Shown in pieces: positions 26,500 through 37,036 of a DNA stretch of 64,000 bases; the stretch's first letter is position 1, and each line of letters begins with the position of its first letter. This DNA is from Glaucostegus cemiculus (lineage: Eukaryota), in NCBI GenBank assembly GCA_976551045.1, contig CDPCPM010000060.1, positions 26,412,001 through 26,476,000 on the forward strand, read 5' to 3'. The notes beneath the pieces are model-generated. The model searched no databases and was not told the origin of the DNA. It saw only the letters and a list, made by a program, of their open reading frames with translations. Position numbers and translations under genes: made by a program.

Positions 26500-27340
26500 G
26501 AACTTTGGTGAGGCTGAATTTAGACTATTGTGTGCAATTCTGCTCACCTACCTACAGGAAAGATATCAATAAGCTTGAAAGAGTTCAGAGAAAATTTACA
26601 AGCATGTTGCCAGGACTTGAGCACCTGAGTTATAGGGAAAGGTTGAATAGGTTAGTACTTTATTGCCTGGAGCACAGGAGAATGAGGAGAGATCTTATAG
26701 AGGTATTCAAAATAATGAGGGGTACAGATAGGGTGATTGCATGCAGGCTTTCTCCCCCTCAGATCGGCTGAGACTAGAACTAGAGGACATAGGTTTAGGG
26801 TGAAAGGTGAAATATTTTAAGATATCTTCATTAGTCACATGTACATTGAAACACACAGCGAAATGCATCTTTTGCTTAGAGTGTTCTGGGGGCAGTCCAC
26901 AAGTGTTGCCACACTTCCAGCGCCAACTTAACATGCCCACAACTTCCTAACCCGTACATCTTTTTGGGATGTGGGAGGAAACTGGAGCACCCGGGGGAAA
27001 CCCACGCAGATGGGGGAACAACGTACAAACTCCTTACAGAGAGCGGCAGGAATTGAACCCAGGTCACTGACACTGTAATAGAGTTACGCTAACCGCTACA
27101 GGGGAAGCTTCTTCACTCAGATGGTGGTGCAAGTGTGGAACGAGCTGCCAGCAGAAGTGGTAGATGCAGGTTCACTGTAACAGTTAAGAGAAGTTTTGAT
27201 AGATATGTGGGTTTTGAGGGATATAGTCCGGGTGCAGATAGATGGGACTAGGCGGAAGATCAGGTGGCATGGGCTAGATGGGCCAAATGGCCTGTTTCTG
27301 TGCTGTAGAGCTCAATGACTCTATGACTCTATAACTCTAG
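26500..27340 (+). mobile_element. CR1 (HER1-like) LINE 3' fragment interrupted by a V-SINE
   Basis: TLVRLNLDYCVQFCSPTYRKDINKLERVQRKFTSMLPGLEHLSYRERL in ORF 26412-26771. Resumes at 27100 and ends ATGGGCCAAATGGCCTGTTTCTGTGCTGTA...(ATGACTCT)n. Confidence 0.9.
26818..27099 (-). mobile_element. V-SINE (Rex/Babar-like tail) nested in CR1
   Basis: Near-identical in structure to 63176-63451 and to the reverse complement of 28249-28555. Confidence 0.9.
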
Positions 27341-27354
27341 GCATCTATAACTGT

Positions 27355-27541
27355 GGGTGGCATGATAGCGTAGCGGTTAGCACGACTCTGTTACAGTGCC
27401 AGCGATCGGGGTTCGATTCCCGTCGCTGACTGTAAGGAGTTTATACATTCTCCTGTGTCTGCGTGGGTTTCCTCTGGGTGCTCGTTGAGCTGAAAGGGCC
27501 TGTTACCACGCTGTAAATAAAAAAAATAAAAAATAAAAAAA
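27355..27541 (+). mobile_element. Internally deleted V-SINE with CR1-type tail
   Basis: Head GGCATGATAGCGTAGCGGTTAGC...GGTTCGATTCCC, partial V domain, tail GGGCCTGTTACCACGCTGTAAATAAAAA. Confidence 0.85.
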
Positions 27542-28248
27542 TTATTAATTATATCTTCTACATTTTTAACATAGTCCAACCGTGCCACTTAACGAGAGAC
27601 ACATGTTTAGAAATTAGATTTCACCCATCTTTAATGCTAAAATGGGTGCTACATTTAGTCCTAGGACCAACTGGGGAACCTGCAAAAATCAACAGAATCA
27701 GTGAAATTTACATTCAAGGACACCAACTGTTATCAAACCTTTTCCCTTTGTTAAGATGCTACTTGCACGTGTCCCAGCTTCAGATATATGCTGAGCTTGC
27801 AACTCTATATCCTTCTAGTGCTGAGCTGACCACTCAACAGGAAGTCAGAGCCCTAAGGAACACACTTCATGGCTGCCACAGTACAGTTACCTAAGGCTGG
27901 CAAGAGTAAACAATTTGGAAGCAGTTTCTGAAGGAGGACACAGCGCTTCAATGCCCTCTGTGTGATGTTCCAGAGTGAGTGGCCAATGCACCAGAAGAGG
28001 TCCCAAGCTACTAGGAGGCATGGGGAAGGAGATAGCAGTGCTCTGTATTATGCACTGAGGGGCTGCAATCTTTAACAGTGACACCTGTGAATGAGGATGC
28101 TGTAGATAAAATTGATTGTGGCAGTGTCTGTACCTAAGACATCAGTGTCCCAGTGTGGACCCTTTAATTCACATGAGAATTCCACATTTCTGTGGCATTC
28201 CTTCCAAATTTTCCAGTGAAATGGAAGCAAAAGCCATGAGTCACAATG

Positions 28249-28555
28249 TGGTGGCACGGTAGTGTAGCAATTAGCATAACACTATTACAGCGCCAGCAAC
28301 CCGGGTTCAATTCCGGCCAATGTCTGTAAGAAGTTTGTACGTTCTCCCTGTGTCTGGGTGGGTTTCCTCCGGGTGCTCCAGTTTCCTCCCACATTCCAAA
28401 AACATACAGGTTAGGAAGTTGTGAGCACGCTATGTTGGCGCCAGAAGCGTGACGACACTTGACGGCTGCCTCCAGAACACTCTACACAAAAGATGCATTT
28501 CACTGTGTGTTTTGATGTACATGTGACTGATAAAGATATCCTATCTTATCTAAAT
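28249..28555 (+). mobile_element. Full-length V-SINE with Rex/Babar-like tail
   Basis: A/B-box head (TAGTGTAGCAATTAGC; GGTTCAATTCC), V domain, tail ATTTCACTGTGTGTTTTGATGTACATGTGACTGATAAAGATATC(CTTAT). Confidence 0.9.
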
Positions 28556-28831
28556 ATCTTGTAAATTTGAGCTGCTGGAACAGCAAGAGTGGGGATTGGC
28601 TGCTTTGATGATGTCTTATCATATGCAAATGATGCTAAGACATGTTAAGGTGATATGTGCAGAGAAAATGGGTGCACCCATTTCTGAACTGCTTGCTCAG
28701 CAGGTAGAACTAATAGTCTTGGGTTATATAAGGTGCAGGAATACACAAACAGCTATTTTAAAAGTTAGTTTTTGAAAGGGGGGTAAATAACTTTGCCTGA
28801 GTTTACTTGTGTTAAACTGGCAGCCACTTCT

Positions 28832-28955
28832 CACAGAATCCCACAGCACGGAAAAAGATCCTTCGGCCCAACTCATTCATGCCAACCAAGCTGTCTACCT
28901 CGGCAGGTCCCATTTGCCTGTGTTTAACCCGTATCCCTCTAAACCTTTCCTATCT
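28832..28955 (-). mobile_element. CR1 3' tail fragment
   Basis: CACAGCACGGAAAAAGATCCTTCGGCCCA...CCCATTTGCCTG...CCCTCTAAACCTTTCCTATC is the reverse of a CR1 3' end. Confidence 0.7.
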
Positions 28956-29149
28956 GTGGGTGAGCGAGATTGATACAGAAATCCACACCTACGCTACTAT
29001 GTGTTGACTAGGAGGAGTGTGCATCCACATAGCCAAGACCACGTTGATCACCAAGTACTGGCAAATAATGCAGATACTTAAAATACATTCCCCATGGCAG
29101 CTGCAGTACATTACGTGATAAGGTCAGAATAAGTTAGAATAAAAGGACT

Positions 29150-30345
29150 GAGTAGAGTCAACATGGATTTATAAAATATAACTTGTGTTCGACTAATCTA
29201 CTGGAGTTCCTTGAGGGTGAGAGTGCAAGGCAAAGTAGAGGGGAACCAGCAGAAGTGATGTATTTAGATGTATTTAGATTTTCGGAAGATAAAGTCCCAC
29301 ACAGGAGATTGATCATCAAGAGCAGAGACATGGTAGAGAATTGCCTGTCAGACAAAAAGCAAAGAGTGGGAATAAATGAAACCTACTCAGGTTGGCCGGC
29401 TGTGACTAGTGGGGTAGTGCAAAGGATTGGTCCTTGGCCCCTAACCATTCACCATCCTCCACTGAGAATCCAAATGTCACATTTCCAATTTTGGTGAGAA
29501 GAGAGGGACGTGATGTAAAGAGATTTTAAGGGAATATGGACAAGCTAAGTGGGTGAGAACATGGCTGACGGAACACAATGTGAAAAAATGTGAGCCCTTC
29601 TACTCTGGTGAACATAACAGAAAAGCAAAGTATTTGTTAAGTGGTAAGGGATTAGGTGTTATTGATGTTCAAAGGGACATGGGGGTATTTGAATGCAAGT
29701 CATTGAAGGCCAACGTGCAAGTTCAGTAGGTGAATAGGAGAGCAAACGGTCTGTTAGCTTTTATAATGAAGAGACTTGCTTGTAAGAGTAAGGAAGGCTC
29801 ATTGCAATTGCATGGGGCCTTGGTGAGACCAGAATGAGAGTATTATATTCAGTTTTGGTCTCCTCACCTTAGAAAGGATACATTTACCATGGAGGAAATG
29901 CAGCAAAGATACACTGTATTGGTTCCAGGGACGGTGGTGCCATAAAAGGAGAGACTGAGTAGACTGGGACAGTATTCTCTGGAGTTTGGAAGAATGGGAG
30001 AAAATCTCATTAAAACACAAAATTGTTAAAGAGCTCGACAGGTCAGACACAGGGAGGATGTTTCCCCCTGGCTGAGGACTCCAAGGGGCACAATCTGAGA
30101 AGAAGAGGAGGGCCAGTTTACACTGAGATTGCTGTTAACTCTGAGGTGGTGAACCTTGGAATTCTCTGTCCTTGAAGGCTGTGGAGGCTCAGTGAATGAA
30201 TTCATTCAAAACAGAGATCATTTGCTTTTTGGATATTAAGGGAGTCAAGTGATATTGTGGTAGTGCCGGGAAATGGTACTGAGGTAGAATAGAAGACCTG
30301 CTCAATCTTGGTCAATAGCAGAGCAGGTTCAAAGGGCCTGTTCTA
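29150..30345 (+). mobile_element. Old degenerate CR1 LINE (RT region to 3' end)
   Basis: SQHGF...C.TNLLEF.E...V.YLD..F.KVPH.RL...KQRVGIN..YSGW..VTSGV.Q motifs with frameshifts. Confidence 0.85.
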
Positions 30346-30889
30346 ATGTCTGCAAAATGGACATCATTGAACAGGAAGGCCAAACTTAAACAGGTTCCTC
30401 TATTCCTCTGATAAATCTCTAACTTCTTCTAGATCTGATGAAAAATCATTGACGTAAAGCCTTATCTCTTTTTTTATCTTCACAGATGGTGCCTGACAGT
30501 GAGTATTTCCAGAATTTCCTAATTTTATTTATTTCATTATACAGATGCCTGTCTGAAACTGGTATCTATAGCACTACACCAGCCCAGTATATCAACAACC
30601 ACAGCACATCTGCCAGTAGCAGAGAGGAAATGTCTATCACTCCACAAAAAACTAAAGAGAGTAAATAAGGTATTAATTAATGCTACAAAGAATAGCAGAG
30701 AGAAAAAAATCCTCTGGTAACAATACTAAGTGTTTGCTTTTATTTGAAATGCAAAAGCTTGTAATCTTTATTCAATTACCTCACGACACCCGCTTCTAGG
30801 GGGAAGTCTGAATTATGTCAACGGGAGTGAATAACGTACACCCACTAAATCTGCGGGTGGAGGAATCAATAGGTATGAGAGGACAACTT

Positions 30890-31980
30890 GGATTTCCGAT
30901 TTGTCATTCACAGTCTCAGCCAATGAAGTAATTTTGAAGAGTGCTCAACAGTATGATGTAAGGAATATGGAAGCCAACTCACACACATCCAAATCCCACA
31001 AAGAGTGATAATCGGATAATCTTTTTCATATAGCAAGGATACAGGCGCTTCAGCCCATCGAATTTGCACGACCCTTTGGCACCCATTTACACTCATCTTA
31101 CATTTTTCCCGTTTTTATTCTCCCTACATTCCCATCAACTCCCCTCAGATTCTGCCATTCACCTACACACTCGGGACAAACTACACAGGCCAATTAACCT
31201 ACCAGCCAGCATGCTTTGAGGGACATGGGGTGGGGGTGGGGCAGAACCAGAACTGTTGGCAAAACCCATGCTGAACCAAGGGATGAGGCAAATGGAGGCA
31301 CAGTGTGGAGCCTTCAATGTGAATGGGGTTGGAGATCAGTGCTGACCAAAGTAATCCCAAGGATTGTTTTACATCCATCTCAGGGGACAGATATGAATTG
31401 GGTCAACATTTTATTTGTAAAATGGCACCTCAGACAGTGCCGCCCTCTTTCCATCCTGCATTGGAATGAGAGCCGAAATTTCCATTTCCTGAGTCTCTGG
31501 AATGGGACAAGAATCATTGTCCTCCTGTGACCAACTGAGCTGCAGATAACAATTATACAACTTCCAAGAGCTCAGAGCATCCAAAAGAAATATTTTTAAA
31601 TGTTGCAATAGAAGATACCCTTCAGCTTTTGTTTTACCAGCAAGGTCACTCGAACAATATGTTAAATATCTGGATCATCTGTTGGAGATGCTGGTTAAAG
31701 GATAAATATTGACCAGGGTCCAAGAAAGACTTTCACTGCATTTCTTTGATATAGTGCATGAAAGGGTAGGTGGGCCCTTTGCTTGACCGTACCACTGACA
31801 TTCAAGCATCCCTTTAAATGCAACGTGTACATTGTCATGGTTGGCCAAAGGTCCTATTTCTGTTTCACCCTATACATAACATTACTGTTTCAACATGGTC
31901 TGACACTTTGAAATGAGACACGAACCAACAACCTCTGGCTCAGAGGTGACTGTGACTGTGCTTTCACTGAGTCACAGCTG
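30890..31980 (-). mobile_element. Cluster of old SINE fragments (DeuSINE-like pieces with a decayed V-SINE at ~31025-31275)
   Basis: CAGCCAATGAAGTA.TTTTGAAG...CAAATCCCACAAA, then CAATTAACCTACCAGCC...AAAACCCATGC, then ATGGCACCTCAGACAGTGC. Boundaries uncertain. Confidence 0.45.
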
Positions 31981-32069
31981 ACATAGCACTGTCATGTCAA
32001 GCAGTGAGGAGGAAATTGGATTGAGCGTTACCTGGTCTTTTACTTGCTCCCTCCCCCCCTCCCTGTTTA

Positions 32070-32280
32070 TTGTTCAACTGTAATAACACATCAACAATTT
32101 CATAATCTAGAATTTATAAGCAACTATGTAAAGACCTCAGGTGGCCATTTGTTACCTGTTAAACAGGCTCAAATATTGTCCCTCTATTATCAAGGGGGGG
32201 GGATCAAGTGGGGCCTCAATTACATTGCCAACTCAGGCTGACATTGTCTAACTGACTGCCAGCAAATTAATTTTACACAG
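32070..32280. promoter_or_regulatory. Candidate conserved element ~10.7 kb upstream of P0
   Basis: Unique-sequence island between repeats with ACAAT, CAGGTG, TGACATTGTC and TTAATT motifs. Position is similar to described upstream (Up-type) Pax6 elements. Inference. Confidence 0.35.
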
Positions 32281-32369
32281 AGTGTTGAAAATACGATGGA
32301 CCTGGATCACATTTTTTCTGCACCTCCTGTGAGCTTGTCCTCGGGCAGCGGTGAGACAATGGGGACAAT

Positions 32370-32545
32370 GGTCTGCTGGAAGAACTCAGCGGGTCGAGTA
32401 GCACCACTGGGAGGAAAGGAACGGTGGACATTTCAGGTCCTTTTCTGCCTTTCCTCCCACAGATGCTGCCCCAACCGCTGAGTTCTTCCAGCAGATTATT
32501 GGTTGCTTCAGATTCCAGCATCTGCAGTCTCTTGTGTCTCCAAGG
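32370..32545. repeat. Foldback Penelope-derived repeat
   Basis: CTGCTGGAAGAACTCAGCGG...GCA.CACTGGGAGGAAAGG followed by CCTTTCCTCCCACAGATGCTGC...CCGCTGAGTTCTTCCAGCAG. Confidence 0.75.
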
Positions 32546-33309
32546 GGACAATGGTGTTTTGTTCTATTATCCATTTCCAATTGCAGGTGAATTAGCCAAC
32601 AAGACAGAAAAACACACTATTGCTCTTCTGGGCTCCCATATTCCACCCTGTGGCTCAGTAAGAGTCCTTTCTCAGAGCCAAATCCACAAAGACAGGCCAA
32701 TCACTAACCAATGGAATTCCTTTGGATGACATTGTATTTGATTCCCCATTGTCCAATTTCTTTTTGTTACCGTGAGCACGTTAACCTGCACAGAATGTGG
32801 ATCCCTGTCTCTAAGCTGGTTTACTGGCGTATAACAATATCAATTCCGACTGTGCAATCCAGCGCTCACTAGATGCGATGCCTCACACCTTAATGTCACC
32901 AGGAACGCGTGAAGTATTTCTAACATGGTTAGAATTTTTTTTCTAATTCTTATTGCAGAGTCAGTTTATTTTCTTGTTAGAAAGGTTAACGAAACTGGCA
33001 GAGTATTCTTGATAGGTTTTGGTGCTCCTCGAACTTTCGTCTCTCGCTTGATACAGGTTAACGAAGTCACTGTCAGCCGGAACAAGGTCCACGTCCACCA
33101 ATAACAATTACCCAGGGCCTGATTAAAATCTGCATGGTCAGTACATTTGGCGGCCACCGTTTGAAACTATACAAATATGCGGTTAGTCTCCACGAATTAT
33201 TTCTTTGCCGTATTACCTCTTTGATGGATGTCTTTATTTCCCTCTGCTGTATGTAATCTTACCGCTTCAAGGATTATTATTCAATGATTAGATAGGATAA
33301 TTCATCAAT

Positions 33310-33497
33310 AAAATAGCAGAAAAGGCCGGAAGACTCAACCGGTCAGACAGCAACAATGGAAAGAGAAACAGAGTTAACGTTTCTCTGTCAACCCTTGGAC
33401 CTGAGGCATTAACTCTGTTTCTCTCTCCACGGATGCTGCCCGACCTGCTGAGTGTTTCCAGAATTTTCTGGTTTATTTCAGATTTCCAGCATCTGTA
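33310..33497. repeat. Foldback Penelope-derived repeat
   Basis: AGAGAAACAGAGTTAA...TTAACTCTGTTTCTCT inner arms, with outer arms matching the same family. Confidence 0.75.
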
Positions 33498-34173
33498 TTA
33501 TGTTGTTTAATTATCAATATCCGGGATAATTGATCGCCCACCCTGGACATTTTTACTTCAGGTAAAAAAAAGTCTTAGAACACCATTTGAAGTATAAAGT
33601 TCCATTAAATAATACATAGGGAGAGCGAAACCTAATTTTATGGATTTGATCCGGTAACTTTTTGATACAAACACTTCCTGCTCGTTCTATCTTTCCCGAC
33701 TTAGTTAATTGATACAAGATTTCCCGTGAACAAATAGCATGGAATTACACAGAATTCACCCTACACTGCCATACGGTGTAGCCTGTCCATCATATTTTCC
33801 CACTCTCTCTCCCAAAATTACTTCTTATACTTAAACGCAACAATCCCTTTCCCTTGCTCTCTCCTAGTGAGAGTTTCATCTTCTAGTCTCTCCCTAACTT
33901 ACTAGGTCTCCCTAAATTCCCTGTTGCGTGTATTAATGTATCGCCAGAAAGGGGATACAGTAATACATCTGGTATCCCCAGACAGTGCAATCCTCCTCTT
34001 CACCTTTATGCCGCAGAACGGTGCTTAATCACAGAGACCTCTGTCAGATCAACGCTGAACCTTCTCCAGAATAAATATAACTCGCCTGTTTGGTCTCACT
34101 GTTTGCTGTAACCTCTCAGTTCTGGTCTCATTCCCTGATTATATTCCCGTTACCTTTCCTGCAATGTCTTCAT

Positions 34174-34336
34174 TGCTGGAAATCTGAAATAAAAACAGAA
34201 AATGCTAGAGAGAAAAACAGAGTTAACGTCCGGGTCGACGAAATTTTAGCCTGAAGTATTAACTCTGTTTCCCTCTCCACGGATGCTGCCTGACCTGCTG
34301 AGTGTTTCTAGCATTTTCCGTTTTTTCATTATATTC
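34174..34336. repeat. Foldback Penelope-derived repeat
   Basis: GAAAATGCTAGA...AAACAGAGTTAA...TTAACTCTGTTT...TCTAGCATTTTC. Confidence 0.75.
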
Positions 34337-35574
34337 CAACTGGAAAGTTCTGCTCAAGGTAGTTTTATTTGTTTTATTTAATTTAGTTATCGTTGCCAAA
34401 GTAACGTTTGTACTCCAGCCCCCTGTGTTCATATATGGGAGCAGGGCAGTGGAGTTAATGTGCCCACAGAGCACAAGGATGCACTGCTGCACCCAAGAAA
34501 GTTTAAAGTATTAACATCATCAGAAAGAATGTTGGAACTTTTTTTTCCCTTAAATCCAGCTTTCATGGCAAGGTGCAACTGATACAGGTTCCCTTCAATA
34601 CTGTAAAAAAAACACTTCCAGGATTCCCTTGAGGATCGAGAGCGACAGTTTCTTGCTCCTGAGGTTGTCGGGTATGGAGAAACATGGCAAACTAAAGGGT
34701 GTGAAGCGAACCCGGACTTTTTTGTGTGCAGTGAAGCCCAATATATTATCGAAGTGACCCTATGATCAACAGTACATTGGGTCGTTTCGTCTTCGTTTCG
34801 CCTTATGATTCTGTAATGGGACGCTCAACTAATACCCGGGCAATGTTGAGATGGTTTTGTTACCGGCTGTGGTAGACTCAAAGATTGGGTTCAAATTCCG
34901 TTCTCTGCCAGGGGGAATCCAATAAGTTAGGTAATTTGTAGGTTAGCACTTGGTGATCTGAAGGTAAGACACCAACAATGAACCAATTAGCTGTTTGTCT
35001 TAGTTATCAGAATTTTTATACTGTTTGTCTTAGTTATCAGAATAATTGGCGGAGTGTCACATTACGATTATTCGCCTCAAATTCGTGCATCGCTCGGACC
35101 GATATTCGGTCGTTTGTAAAGTCTGCTCGGGGATGGGATAAAATACCAATGAACCTTTGCGTTATTTTGACGTTGGTGAATCTGTAATTACGGAGGTAGT
35201 GTGGTGGAGACCGTTTGGGGCAGATGTAGTGGGTATAGATGGAAATAATAGGACTGTGATTTATAAACGTTTGAGATGCATGACGGATGGAGGTGAGGAA
35301 TAAGACGGGTTCGTACATCAATAAAAAGTGATAAAACTAACGTTGTCCGCATCTCTAATGTTAAGTATTCTGTGCCATAGTAACCAGCGGAGGATGGATA
35401 GAAGTAACCAGTCAATGCAGAGCGCACGGTGGGAGCAAATAGACCCACTGTAAAAAGTCCTGGGCTAAACTTTCCTGTTTCACACATTTCCCATTCACGG
35501 TACAGCGTCACTTTACCGGTTCCGGCGGGTACCGCATGGGGAGAGGAGGGGAGGGGTGGGGGAAGAACGGGAGG

Positions 35575-36220
35575 TTTTATTAGCTACCTAATTAATTGGT
35601 AGTTTAGAATATGCCAAGATATTTCCCATTGATGTTTAATGAGCATGAATGGTTGATTCTGTCGCCGCCTGAAAGTTCTGCCTATAATGTTTTTTTTTCG
35701 TATTTGCTTGATTCCTTGTCAACTAACAGCTGCCAAAGATGCTAACATTCTCTCCCTCTCTCTCCCTCTCTCCCTTCCTCTCCCACCACCTCCCTCCATT
35801 CTCTCTCTCGCCCCCCCCCGCCCCACCTTTCTCTCTCTCTCTTGCTGGCAGAGAAATGACAAATGCGTTGCGTTATCCATGCAATTTATTTCATTATTGT
35901 TTGCTACACCAAGAATCATAATCAATCACAAGAAAGTTCAGTTGGCAGGTGTCAATCTTAGTATATATTTTTTTTGTGTCTCCGTCTATATTTAATCCAA
36001 TTATAAGGGTCAAGGACTGAGTGCAAGTTCCCTTGTTACAGCTCACTTGTCATCCCCGATTTATGGTAAAAGTTAAATCTGATCATACTCGAGTTAGGAA
36101 GCAAAAAAATTCTCTTCTAAGCGTGGAGAACCCCGCCATGGCTTTCATTAAACAGGTGCTCTCCGGTTGTTAATGGAATATTTATGAGTGTTTACGTGTA
36201 AATGAATCATCCTGTTATTT
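35575..36220. promoter_or_regulatory. Pax6 pancreatic (P) enhancer and flanking conserved sequence
   Basis: TTCATTATTGTT...AATCAATCA (Pbx/Prep-type)...CAGTTGGCAGGTGTCAATCTT (E-box/Meis)...TCTATATTTAATCCAATTATAAGGGTCA matches the recalled mouse element, in the expected position just 5' of EE. Confidence 0.8.
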
Positions 36221-36244
36221 CCTAAAAAGGGGGTTGGGGGGAGG

Positions 36245-36410
36245 CTTTAATGATGGAGGCTGTGTCTCGGCTCACTGCGCTTTCGACTACAATTGTAGAT
36301 CGAACTCAGCCCTTGTCACGTCGGGAAACAGTGAATCTATAACATACAGGACGTGGCTGTCGACATACAGCAAATTGCATTCAGTCAGCCCGAGGGAATT
36401 CGGCTAATGC
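36245..36410. promoter_or_regulatory. Pax6 ectodermal (lens/cornea) enhancer EE
   Basis: TTAATGATG...TACAATTGTAGATCGAA...CCTTGTCA (Meis)...AGTGAATCT...CAGGACGTG...AATTGCAT...AGGGAATTC.GCTAATG is collinear with the recalled mouse EE core; ~6.5 kb upstream of P0. Confidence 0.88.
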
Positions 36411-36651
36411 TTCGGCCGAAAAGCCGGCATGGGAGGGCGTGGGGGAGGGGTGAAGGGGGAGAACAAATCAAAGACCGTGGTCAGACTTACTTAAAAATAT
36501 GCAACTAGTACAGTAGACCCACGTGAAACGAAGTTTGGGGAGATATTGATAGCGTGTCTCGACACTTGGAGCACGGAAAATGTATACAAATTAAGAATTG
36601 CAATAGTCATTCAGATATTTTAGGGTTTATTGTAGTATTTTATTGTAGGAT

Positions 36652-36712
36652 TGTGTGTGGAGAGGGTTACTGGAGTGTGTGTGTATTTGTGTGCGTGTGT
36701 GACAGAGAGAAA

Positions 36713-36744
<32 letters not shown>

Positions 36745-37036
36745 CCATATCTGCCGTATCTGTGTGTCTGGGTTTGTGCGTCTGTCTGCTTGCGTGCGGG
36801 AGCTTGTTTATGCGTTTGACAGTGTGTGTCTGTGTCCCTGTCTGTTGTGTCTCTGTCAGCGTCGAGTCTGTGTCTGTATGCCCATTTGTGTTTCCTACAT
36901 GTGTGTATATCTGCATGTGTTTGTGTGCATTGTGTCTCTGTGTCAGTGTGTGTGTGTGTCGATGTGTGTTCGAGTCTGTGCGTGTGTATGTGCGTGTCTG
37001 TCTGTCTGTATGTGTGTGGATTAATGTGTGTTTGTA
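36652..37036. repeat. (TG)-rich low-complexity tract
   Basis: Imperfect GT repeats over ~380 bp; explains the C/V and H/T-rich ORFs here. Confidence 0.95.

Noticed and set aside
27355-27425. tRNA gene-like sequence with A and B boxes (also 28249-28320)
   Set aside because: Continues into the V domain and a LINE-derived tail; these are SINE heads, not tRNA genes.
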